A stretch of 44,965 bases of DNA from Folioceros fuciformis (taxonomy: Eukaryota), in contig JBNGIO010006186.1 of NCBI GenBank assembly GCA_049999805.1, forward strand, positions 52,401 through 97,365. The letters are read 5' to 3'. A program made the position numbers and the translations under genes. The notes beneath the pieces are model-generated. The model was not told where the DNA came from, made no database searches, and saw nothing but the letters and a program-made list of their open reading frames with translations. This document shows positions 1-10,530 of the stretch, one piece after another. Position 1 is the first letter of the stretch; the number at the start of each line of letters is the position of its first letter.

Positions 1-86
1 ATGTTGAAGTCCTCTTTAAGATGCTTATCCAGGTTCCGAATCCAGACCATCTTTCGTCGTGACCGAAGTATGCTTGTGCTTTGCAG

Positions 87-640
87 GCAGACAGAAAACA
101 AGGACCTAACTAAGATACCTCTTGTTGGCGGAAGGCAGATGCGGAAGAAGTTGTGGCGTGTTCGTCAGAGACATTGAGAGACGGTGGGGTGAGCACAACC
201 AAAACGAGGCTCCGTACGGGCCTTAGCTGCCTTCCTTCTGCGCTAAGCGGAGGTTGGCTTCTAACCTTGAAGCACGTGCGATTGTGAACAGATGGAAGCT
301 AACATCGTCTACGGTGGGCACGCTAGTCTGGAAGTGTTGCCAGCAGCAGCGGTGAAAGGAGAGGCCATGGCTTACCTTGTGCGCAGGTACGAGGCGGAGG
401 GAATTTCTCCACGGATTACAATCCCCTCGTATGTGGTGATTCTGGAAGTGATGCAGAACTTTTCAGTGTGCCAGGCGTTCATGGGGTCATGGTAAGACAG
501 ATCAAACTATAATGCATGAGAAGCTTCAAACATTCTCTGTCCAAATGGTGCGGCTCACGGCAGTCTCTTGGCTACATTCAAGGAGGAGTTGCAGCAATGG
601 CATGACCTGAATGCCAAAAACAATGCCATTGCAAAAGTCA
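87..640 (+). pseudogene. SPP: Sucrose-phosphate phosphatase (SPP, HAD family) pseudogene fragment
   Basis: Exon 292-491 reads [35 protein letters not shown]. After a frameshift near 425 it continues [22 protein letters not shown], then a GT donor at 492. The next piece is EELQQWHDLNAKNN. These match plant SPP motifs (IIYSGG..LDILP..AGKG.AL.YL; LVCGDSGNDAELFS; EELLQWH). Upstream exon 87-188 carries an in-frame TAA at 111-113. Confidence 0.85.
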
Positions 641-1530
641 TCTTCCTTATGCTTGCCTTGTTGTCCAGCCTGCCAGCAGCACCATGGTTGTCTCCCATGA
701 TGACATATGATGCAGCGATGGTTGGGTCTAGCTTAAAGATGGCCTCTATGAGAGTTTTCCTATGTCCACGTTTCTGTGGATCCGGCTCGCTCCCTGCAAA
801 GACATCCACAGACTGCTGCCTGCACAGGCAGACTGGCGATGAAGTCGTGAGCTTCGTCTAGGCGACCTGACGGGCCTAACTTGTCGGTCATGCATAAATA
901 GTGGTCCATGTCAGCAGCCACACCGTATTGCTCATACATGGCCTGAAAGAGACGGGTTCCTTCCTCTAACAGGCCACTGTCAGTGCAGGCAGACAGTGAA
1001 CAGACGAATGTGACCTTGTTGGGACGTACGCCCTCCCTCCGCATTTGATAGAAGAGCTGAAGGGGCATCTCACCATCTCCATACTGGGCATATCCACCCA
1101 TCATCGCATTCCAAGACACCAGATCCTTCTCTGCCAGTCCTTGGAACAAGGTTCTTGCATCTTCCAAACTCCCACATTTTCCATACATGTCAGTCAGAGT
1201 GTTGCCCACATACACATCTGTGTGAAGGCCAGTCTCCACTGCGGGACTGACGTTCACTTCTGATGATAACGGAGTGAACTCGTCTGCCCACATCCAAATC
1301 TTTCTTTTCAATGCACCTTTGCAGGAGACTGTCCAGGATGTTTGTCGAAAGACGAATGCCTTGCTGTTGCAAAGCTTCCACAGCCTGGATTTTATGTTCG
1401 AGCTGCAGCCAATCCTGGTCCCTTGTGTGCAACTTTCCAACTCCACAACTGTCTTCCCGTCCCAATCTGCAACATTGCATGCAAAAGGTGGGGCCCTGGT
1501 CAGTAACTGAGCACACAGGAAGATGCACAT
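640..1530 (-). pseudogene. PLS-class PPR gene relic with E domain, frameshifted and internally deleted
   Basis: Three frames give LLQRCIEKKDLDVGRRVH; VYVGNTLTDMYGKCGSLEDARTLF..DLVSWNAMMGGYAQYG..VTFVCSLSAC..DHYLCMTDKLG; and E-motif AIFKLDPTIAASYVIM..AAGRLDNKASIRKM. Confidence 0.9.
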
Positions 1531-2189
1531 CCAGAAATGTACTTGCCTCAAACCAATTGCTCCTTGGGAAACTCCTGATGCTGCCGTTTGCTGACCTCTA
1601 ACTGCTTTTCTGCCATTCCATAGCCACCCCTTTGCTCTGTGTTGCAAAAGGTTGAAGAGTTCTGATGCTGCCTGTAAGTGCTTACGATTGTGCAGGCGAT
1701 GCAGTGTAGCAACCCAATCTGCAGGACGCAACGTATCTGCCGATGCTGGACATTCCAGGTCGAACACCCTACAGTCTGCTTGGCTTTTCACCAATTCAGG
1801 ATTTGCCATGAATTTCAGTCGTGCGAATGCTCCAGCAGGACATTGAGGCATGGTTTGTGGCAGTTGACAGTTGCTGATCACAACAGAGAACCTTCAAGTA
1901 TCTGGACATGGTGCACGGCGATGGAAGAGCGGGCTCACATGATCACCCGACCCCTAGATAAGAGCGCTCGTTGAGGACTTCTCAGGGTTGGACGAAGTTT
2001 TTTCTGCTCCTTTTGCAGAGTCCTCCCTAGTAGATGAGGAACATGGGTTCGGCAGAGACAAGAAGAATTTTGTCAGGTATCCTTATTTTCACAGATGGAA
2101 TCCTTGTACATCGTTGGGATATGGCAAAGCTTTTTGCTGGTATCATATAATGGCTAGCTTGGTCTGATGCTTTGCTGGTACTTTCAGCC

Positions 2190-2911
2190 AAGTGTGCGAA
2201 GATGACCAGCTGTTCGAAGCAGTGCGGGCTTTGGACCTCATGTGCAAGCAGGGAATCCAGGTGTCGGTGGGTATTTGGTATCCTTTGTTGAAGAGATGGC
2301 TAGGCTCACAAGAGCCTAGCCATGGGACGGTATGTGCATGCCCTTGGATACAGACGTGGGTACAGCCGCAACATTTTTCTGGGAAACAACATCATCCCCA
2401 TGTATGCCTCTCAGGGTACTCTAGCAGAGGCCAACGAGGTGGTCAGGACACTTCCGGCACCCAATGCTTTTGTCTGGACTTCAATGATTACAGCATACGC
2501 GCAACATGGGGAAGCTGAGCAGGCCATAAAACTGTATTTGCAGACGCGGCAATCCAGTGTGAAGCCAAATGACTACACGTTTGTGGCAGTGTTGAAAACC
2601 TGTGCAGACATCGGTGATTTGGCATCAGGGAAACTGTTACATGCTGATTTGGTGGGCAGCTGCTTTGAGGTGAATGGGTGTGTGGTGAGTGCATTGGTGG
2701 ACCCGCTGAGAAGCTTGCAGTAGCTCATGGTCTCCTCAACACACCCGAAGGCACCACCTTGCTTGTAACGAAAAATCTGCGGATGTGTGACCATTGCCAC
2801 AGAGGCACGAAGATCTTCTCCAAGATTGAGAATAGGGAGATTATGATTAGAGACGCCCACCGAGTTCATCACTTCAAGGGTGGCGTTTGTTCGTGTGGAG
2901 AACACAATTGA
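2190..2911 (+). pseudogene. PLS-PPR-DYW pseudogene with a DYW:KP-like (U-to-C type) deaminase C-terminus
   Basis: Three frames: QLFEAVRALDLM; FLGNNIIPMYASQG..NAFVWTSMITAYAQHG..YTFVAVLKTC; then AEKLAVAHGLLNTPEGTTLLVTKNLRMCDHCH..REIMIRDAHRVHHFKGGVCSCGEHN*. E domains and the first half of the DYW domain are missing. Confidence 0.9.
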
Positions 2912-4315
2912 GAGCTGTCAGTACGAACAGAAATTCAGGATCACACTCATCCTATTCAACGAGTGGGAGCTAGCTGACTGACACCATAGGTCTGGCACTG
3001 ATTGCAAGATCTGTAGACACAGGACCACAGCCTGGAGGAGCCGTGGACGGAGCACGCCTTGAAACTCGTGACAACATGGTGGCCTGAACCATGGTGACAA
3101 ATTATGTCAATGCATACATGTGCATCTCATCTCAGCACTCTTGCCAACCTTCCTGCCCTGCGTGAAGCGCAGTGCAGACAGAAACATGGAGAGTCCACGT
3201 GGTTCATCAGAGAGCCTTGTGTATGCAAGCCCAAGGGGGTTTCTCATTCACGACTCATGTCACGACTCAGTGAAACAACGGAATCATGTGGATGTGTTGA
3301 GGATTCTACACTACAAGCATGATCGGCAAGCATCGTTACAGAGACAGGGCACAGTGCAGCTTCGAATTCTGAAGCATGCACCACCGTCTGCATCGTGCCT
3401 CGATTGTGACCCATGCACACACACGGACAGGGAGTTCCAGGTCAGCTGTGGAAATGAAGGTGAGCTACAGAGCCACAGCAGGTGCTTCTAGACATGTTGG
3501 GATTCCATCCCACACCTCCAGTGCAATCTGTCCCACACTCTTACCAAACCAACCGGAACCACGAATCCTCTACCTACGACTTAAACCTGAACCGCCTTGC
3601 CACATCGGAGACTGAACGTTTCGCCCCCTGCAACAGGCTGTGCTTGCCAGACACGTTTTCTTGGAACACTAGCATCCTGCTGTGGAAGAAACGTATAGGT
3701 GCAGATACTCACCTTGTTTTGCATTGCTTTGTCCTTGCAAGCAAATGTCTCCTCAACAGTGTCTGCGTTCGTGGCTCAGGAATGCATTCACCACAGGACG
3801 TCACTCAAAGCAGGAATGCACTTGTCGTTTGTGATCGTAGTAGAGAGCAGGAAACTACCCACTTCATCGGAATCTCTCACTCGCGTCCAACACATGAACC
3901 TCAAGATTTGTGCCCTGCATCTCTTTGCTCTCGTCCTGCCAGAAGAACAGTAACTGTTGCACAGTGTACGAGGAAGCAACACACAATCGACTACACTCAC
4001 CCCATCACTTGCGTATACTTCCCTGCTGGGACTAATAAAATCACATGAGGAACTGATCACTCTGCCAGCCACTCTCCTAACGAATCTGCGAACCACTCTC
4101 CTTCCAACCATCTCCTCTCTGCTCCGCCCTGAGGTGCCAACCACCTGATGGACCGCCTCGTTTCCTCACGTCATGCCCGAAATGCGAAGGCAGACAGTCA
4201 CACACGCCGAATGTGAGTCACGCCAACGCCAAAATGGATGACAGAATCGTCGGTTCCACCAAGTCCGGTGCGAACCACATGGACCACCAAGGTACAAGAT
4301 TCGCAAGGTGGTGTT

Positions 4316-4343
4316 TAAACCCTAAACCCTGAATCCTAAACCC
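4316..4343. repeat. Short interstitial plant telomere-like repeat (AAACCCT)n, about 4 units / telo-box
   Basis: t-aaaccct-aaaccct-gaatcct-aaaccc. Confidence 0.75.
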
Positions 4344-4720
4344 AGGCATCAGAGCATTCCATGTCACCACATCCTTGGTGGCCAAGCTGTCAAAAACCTG
4401 GCGTGCATCTTCCATGGAGTTCGCAACATTTTGCATACATGTGGACACCAAGCAGTTGCCCTGCCCAACACCACGTTATCCACCAGTTTTCTTTCAACAA
4501 TCTGTGAGTGCAGCTGCCTGCCTTCCCATCCATCTGTAAGGCACCAGTGCTTGCACATGCGTCCAGAAGACAAGCAAAAGTAACATGGTTGACCAAAACC
4601 AGCCCCTCCTGCTCCATTTGTCCATACACAGCAAGAGCCTCATGTCCAAGCCCTTGCTGGCCATACCCAGCAATCAAGGTGGTCCATGTCACCACATTCT
4701 TTGTGGCAAAACCCCACAAC
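4344..4720 (-). pseudogene. PLS-class PPR fragment with multiple frameshifts
   Basis: ATKNVVTWTTLIAGYGQQGLGHEALAVYGQM..HVTFACLLDACASTGAL; GRQLHSQIVERKL; SMEDARQVFDSLATKDVVTWNALM, in three different frames. Confidence 0.9.
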
Positions 4721-5954
4721 CAAATCCTTCTTAGCTGTACATTGCTTTAGCACAGTGTATATCAGAGACTGTGAAATGGCAGTTTTTTCGTGCGCCAAAG
4801 AATCCAGGACTCCAACCGCCTCAGAAATCTTCCCCTACTGACATTGCATGGTCACAGTTGTAGCCGTTACCATGCCCTTTTCCGAACCTATATGCCTGCC
4901 ACGTTCTGGCTTGAAACGAAAGCACTTGGACGGAGAGACATTATGACTCATCTGTATACGTATCCAAGAAAAAGAGCTGCTCATCCACCCATGCTGGCCT
5001 GGCTTATACATGCTGTGTAACCAGAGGACCTCGCCAAATCCCTTACGCCGGAAGTCATGCGAACGGGAGCTCCTGTTATCTCGTTGCTCTGTTATCCCAC
5101 CACATGGCAGAGTCCAAGAAAAATTGTTGCCACAAGTGCTTCTGCTCCTGGCGACGACCATCCTTGCAAAATCCGTCCCCACCCACACTACTCCTCGGAA
5201 GTGGAACTGCTGGGCTCCTTACACATGTACAGTACTCAGGTTGGCACGTCATGATACTCATGGTTGTCGCAGGAAGCTACAGTCATGGTTCAGGATGAAA
5301 ATTGCGTGGGAGGTGTTGGAGCGATGAATCTCGATTATGGTCCAGTATAGTTACCTTTCCACTTTCAGTAAGGAAATATAGGTGCCAGGAACAGCAGTCA
5401 GTTCCCTGATCAAATTTGGAACTGAATCAAGAGGTTTCTAGAATCCCGGTCTATTTTGGTTGTGGAATTTCAAAGCTAGAACATGCCATGTCTGCAGATG
5501 TCCCCTCTATCCACTTTTGTTCCTTGGTTCTCGATTTTTTGGCCGCAGATTCAAGCCCCCAGCCCTCAAAGAGATGCAATCTGACAATGAACCTTGGAAC
5601 AGGTTCACCCAGGAGGGTGCTGGGCTTTACTACTGATTATTTTAAAGGTTGTTTATGGATTGTAATTGTCCCTGATGAAGGAGCTCTTGGTCTTCAAGTT
5701 TGCCCTTTAGTTAGGGCTGATTCTTTCGGGACATGTGTATGGGATTACTCATAATTAACCTAACCTACATGAACCGAACTCTTAATTTGAATATAAATGA
5801 ATCAAACGTGTAACCATAAGAAGAAGTAACCCCAAACATGTAAGTAACAATAACGAACCCAAATGAATGAAACGCATAATAACAACGATATATAAATCTT
5901 AAAAAAAAAATATTGTGGACTGAACTAAGCTTTTGCACCTAGCGCATCCACCGT

Positions 5955-6070
5955 CACTGAGGCACCAGTGCTTGGACAGGCCGTCAGAAGGCAACTGGCG
6001 GCCTGTACCGCGTTCCCCTTTGTTGCATCCATATGAGGGGCTGGAGCATGGCTGTCTGCAACTTTCCAAT
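5955..6070 (-). pseudogene. Possible very small PPR remnant
   Basis: Minus strand gives GKLQTAM..MQQRG and, shifted, LLTACPSTGA. The DNA (gcaccagtgcttg..cagaag) resembles 4541-4569 of the neighbouring PPR fragment. Confidence 0.35.
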
Positions 6071-6329
6071 TCAATCATCCCAACGTGATCCGCCGGGGGT
6101 GCATTCTCTCTGGACGCAACCAAGCGGTCCAGGAAGAGCTCCCGATTACCTGATTTCATGGCACAAGCCAATAGCAAATTACGAATCCGCGAGGTTCAGC
6201 ACCTCTGCAGAAAGGCCAACTCGTGCAGTAGGGCATCTGAATGGACCTGGATCCAGCGGCTCGGAACTTTTGTATTCGCAGCTTGCTCCTCTGCACACCT
6301 GTCATGTCATGACTCTGGCAGGCCTGCAG

Positions 6330-8175
6330 GATCCGTCACAGCTGAAACTGTGAGCAAACTTTGTCGGCAGGGAAAGCTCGCTGAGGGTGTTGATGCTCTG
6401 GGACCTCTGGTACGCACCGAGATTCCTATCTCTAATGCCCTCTTTTACACCATATTCAAGGAGTGTGTGGCTAAGAAGAATTTGTGTCTGTGTGGCCAAG
6501 AAGAACTTGTGTCTGTGTGGCCGTGTTCATGCTCTCGTGGTGGAGAGGGGGCATGAGTCGGACACGTTCTTGTGCAACCACATTCTGCGAATGTATGCTT
6601 CTCATGCCATGTTGCAAGAAGCGTTGGATGTGTTCGCTGTGGTTTCCAGACCCGATGCCTTCACGTGGTCCGCTATGATATCTGCGCTCGTTAAACATGG
6701 ACAGGACAAGCAGGCCGTGCAACTGTATCGTGGGATGCGCAGGTCGGGTGTGAAGCCAGATGGCCATGTGTTTGTAGCACAGCCCTTCAGGCTTGTGCCA
6801 GGGGAGCAGACCTGGAATCTGGCAGCAGGTGCATGCTGATATTATGGCTACTGGAGTTGAGCCTGACTTGTTTGTCTGTAGTGGCTTGGTGGATATGTAT
6901 GCAAAGTGTGGCAGCTTGGAAGAGGCTCAAACAGTCTTCGACGGGTTTCCCAACAGAGATGTGGTGACATGGAATGCCATGATGGCAGGGTATGCCCAGC
7001 AGGACATGGGGCTGGAGTGCCTTTGTTTGTAGAGGCGTATGCAAGAAGAAGGTACAACTGCACCCAGTTCTGTGACATTCGTGTGCCTCCCTGCAGGCAT
7101 GCGCAAGATTGGGGAATGAAGTGTTGGAACAGGGTAAGCAGCTTCATGCACATATTCGAGAACGAGGACTTGAAGCTGATGTAGTTGTCGGTGGCAGCCT
7201 GGTGAACATGTATGCAAAGTGTGGAAGCCCAGAGGATGCTCGCGGCGTGTTTGATGGACTTGGTCAATGTGGTGGCGTGGAATACCCTGATCGCACTTTA
7301 TTCCCAGCAGAACATGGGGCATGAAGACCTGCGTCTCTACAGGGCTATGCAACACGACGGCATTGTTGCCCTCGATTCTGTGACCTTTGTGTGCCTTCTT
7401 CATGCATGCGAAAGTGTAGGAGCTCTGCAATTGGGACGCCAGCTGCATGGACAAATCAAACATCAAGGGCTACAAGTTGATACTACTGTCGGCAACAGTT
7501 TGATAAACATGTATGCAAAGTTGGGGAGCATGGTCGACGCACAGCAGGTGTTTGATCTTTTGCCGGAAAGAAACATTCTCACCTGGAGTGCACTGATTGC
7601 GGGCTACGCCCGTCAAGGAGACAGTGGTGTGGTTTTCAACTTGCTTCTCAGAATGGGCAAGGCTGGCATACAACGAGACGGAGTTACTTTACTTAGTGTT
7701 CTCACAGTATGCAGTCATACGAGTCAGGTGACCAAAGGGCAACAGTACTTCGAGGCCACGAGCAATTATTACGGTATTACTCCCACAGTGGATCACTACA
7801 CATGCATGGTGGATCTCCTAGGTCGCGCAGGACGACTGGAGGAAGCACTAGGTTTTGTAAGGACAATGCCTGTAATGCCTGATGCTGCAGTGTGGCGCAC
7901 TCTCCTGGGTTCTTGTAGAAAGTGGACCAATGTGGAGGTGGGACGTCATGCTTTCGATGCAGCAGTGAAGCTAGACAAGCAAGATCCCTCAGCATATATC
8001 TTGATGTCGAACATATACACTGGTGCTCAGATGTGGGAGCAGGCAGAGGAGATGCAGGCAAGAAGAGTAACCCTTGGGGCGTGGAAGCAGCCGGGGCAGG
8101 GCTGGTGGACAGACATGGACGGATCTGTGCATAGCTTTTTCAGCTGGGGATAACAAACACCCAGCAAGACGGGGA
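6330..8175 (+). pseudogene. Nearly full-length PLS-PPR E+ (WW-type PG box) pseudogene
   Basis: Serial P/L/S motifs across ORFs 6158, 6387, 6793, 7109 and 7212, broken by frameshifts and a TAG at 7030-7032. It ends with E1/E2 (AAVWRTLLGSC; SAYILMSNIY) and KQPGQGWWTDMDGSVHSF, then a frameshift to AGDNKHP. Confidence 0.92.
6464..6513. repeat. 25-bp tandem duplication inside PPR pseudogene
   Basis: tgtgtggctaagaagaatttgtgtc followed by tgtgtggccaagaagaacttgtgtc. Confidence 0.9.
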
Positions 8176-8463
8176 CACCTTGTTTCAACATTCGATCTCT
8201 AATCCGGGTTCTTCCACACTGTGTGCTCACCAATATAAAGATCCTAGGCTGCGGCGGGCCCAATTGTTCCTGATGATATATACAGGTTCGTCCTCATGTG
8301 CATCGCAATCAGCATCAACGTTTTGATGATCAATCCTAGGATCGCAAGGCACGTAATACTGGGAGTGGTGATGAGGGACACCTTGTAACAACGGGAGTCA
8401 AGAGGGAAGCAGTGGCTGTGTTGGGAGAGCATGCATTTTGGGGGTAGGTGAGGAAAATCAAGG

Positions 8464-8610
8464 CTCTTCCACCATGCATGTTTCCCTGGCATGGAAACAT
8501 GCATGGTGGAAGAGTACCATGGCATCACAGTTTCCTTGCCATGGTAACCTTCTGGCTATAGGTCACCATGGGAAGAAACCATGTGTGGTAACCTAGGTTG
8601 CCATGCACGG
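8464..8610. repeat. Inverted-repeat/hairpin cluster with a perfect 22-bp stem
   Basis: ctcttccaccatgcatgtttcc (8464-8485) and its exact reverse complement (8493-8514). Also a 10-bp inverted repeat 8515-8524/8537-8546 and an imperfect palindrome 8579-8610. Confidence 0.9.
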
Positions 8611-8673
8611 TGGAATGTTATCATGACAAGAAAACATGTGATGCGACAAACATGCCCTCTTAGGAAACCTGAA

Positions 8674-9375
8674 GGAGTTTGGGCTTTTGGATGGACGTGT
8701 CATGTGGTGTTTCGTGCCAGGAGAGTTGTGACTGCATTTTGGCTGATGAAAGAAGGGTTTCTATACACCGGAAACCGTATGCGGGCATACGACTGTACTG
8801 TAAGTACCGCAGGTGAGGAATCTTCGGTGAAGGCCTGCCCGCGAGCTTAGCTTTTTACTCAGGAATTTCTGACAGCTTTGATTGTTTCATGGTTGGCTGA
8901 TTGAGAAGGGACATCTGGCAGAACATTTGATTGTGATGTGGTGCAGAGTGGCTTTCCTCCCGAGTTGTTTCTTGGCACCAACCTGGTGGACATGTATGCA
9001 AAATGTGTTGAACCGAAAGATGCACGATAGGAGTTTGGGCTTTTGGATGGACGTGTCATTAGGTGTTCCGTGCCAGGAGGGTTGTGACTGCATTCTGGCA
9101 GATGAAAGAAGGGTTTCTATACACCGGAAACTGTATACAGGCATACGACTGTGCTGTAAGTGCCGCAGGTGAGGAATCTTCAATGAAGGCCTGCTACTGA
9201 GCTTGGTTTTTTACTCAGGCATTTCTGACAGCTTTGATTGGCTGATGGACAAGGGAAATCTGACAAAACATTTGATTGTGATGTGGTGCAGAGTGGCTTT
9301 CCTCCCGAGATGTTTCTTGGCACCAACCTGGTAGACATGTATGCAAAACGTGTTGAACTGAAAGATGCACGACAG
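8674..9375. repeat. ~356-bp tandem duplication (2 diverged copies)
   Basis: Both 8674 and 9030 start ggagtttgggcttttggatggacgtgtcat and stay alignable to aaagatgcacga. Copy 2 has a short deletion. Confidence 0.92.
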
Positions 9376-9436
9376 GGTTTTGACAGCATGGCCACAAAGA
9401 AAGTCACTGTGATGTGGAATGCCCTGATAGCTGGGT
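8930..9436 (+). pseudogene. Duplicated PPR remnant
   Basis: DVVQSGFPPE.FLGTNLVDMYAK.VE.KDAR occurs in both repeat copies. The second continues QGFDSMATKKVTVMWNALIAG. Confidence 0.8.
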
Positions 9437-9574
9437 CTGAGAGACTGCCGCCAGGCTGTTGACAGCAAGGACAGAAAGGTTGTGGTGACATGGAATACTC
9501 CCTGATTGCTGGCTAAGCACACTGAGAACTCGGCCCCAAGAGGCCCGTGTTCTGTTTGCACAGTACTCAAAAGT

Positions 9575-10530
9575 AGCAATATGGACCCTAAACCCAATGT
9601 ATGTTATGAGCAAGGCATAGTGTGGACCACATGGCGAGCGAGTAGTGTGGACTGGATGATTCTAGCAAGGCGTAGTGTGGACTACATATTCTAGCAAGTG
9701 TGAATTGCATGATTCTGGCAAGGCGTAGTGTGGATTGAATGATTCTAGCAAGACATAGTGTGGACTCCATGATTCCAGCAAGGTGAGTGTGGATTGAATG
9801 ATTCTAGCAAGACATAATGTGGATTGAATGATTCTAGAAGGACATAATGGGGATTGAATGATTCTAGCAAGACATAATGTGGATTGAATGATTCTAGCAA
9901 GNNNNNNNNNNCCCCAATGGCAAGCGAATTGTAGTGTGGATTGAGTGTAGTAGTGTGGCAAGTGGGTAGTAGTGTGGATCAAATGACCCAATGGCAAGCG
10001 AGTGGTGGATCAAATGATCCAATGGCAAGCAAGTGGCAAGTGAGTTGTAGTGTGGATCGAATGACCCAATGGCAAGCGGGTAGTAGTGTGGATCGAATGA
10101 CCCAATGGCAAGCGGGTAGTAGTGTGGATCGAATGACCCAATGGCAAGCGAGTAGTAGTATGGATCAAATGATTCTAGCAAGGTGTAGTCTCGACTCAAT
10201 GCTTTTGAGAAGGACCCAACTTATAATGCCTAGCAAGGGATAATGTGGATACAACTCATATATGTGGCAAGGGAGGTGCACTATAGACCCAACTTTTTTC
10301 ATTAGGAAGGCTATAGTGAGAACGCAATGTCATTGGCAAATTTAAAGTGTACAATTTGTAGATCTAATATTACTAGCAAGTCAAGATGTGGACTCAATGT
10401 TAATTGCAAGTGGTGGTGAGGACAAAATGTTAAGGGCAAAATCTAGACCTAGATTGCCTGGAGTCCAACCTAATGTTAGTAGCAAGGGCTAGACTATGCG
10501 GACCTGATGTTGCATGCAAGATGGATGTAT
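9575..10530. repeat. Minisatellite array with 30-bp and 36-bp related units, spanning an assembly gap
   Basis: acataatgtggattgaatgattctagcaag (30 bp) before the N gap at 9902-9911 and tagtagtgtggatcgaatgacccaatggcaagcggg (36 bp) after it. Degenerate tgtgga...gcaag units lie on the flanks. Confidence 0.9.

Noticed and set aside
9575-10530. CRISPR-like look of the 30-36-bp repeats
   Set aside because: Units are contiguous with no unique spacers, there are no cas genes, and the context is eukaryotic.
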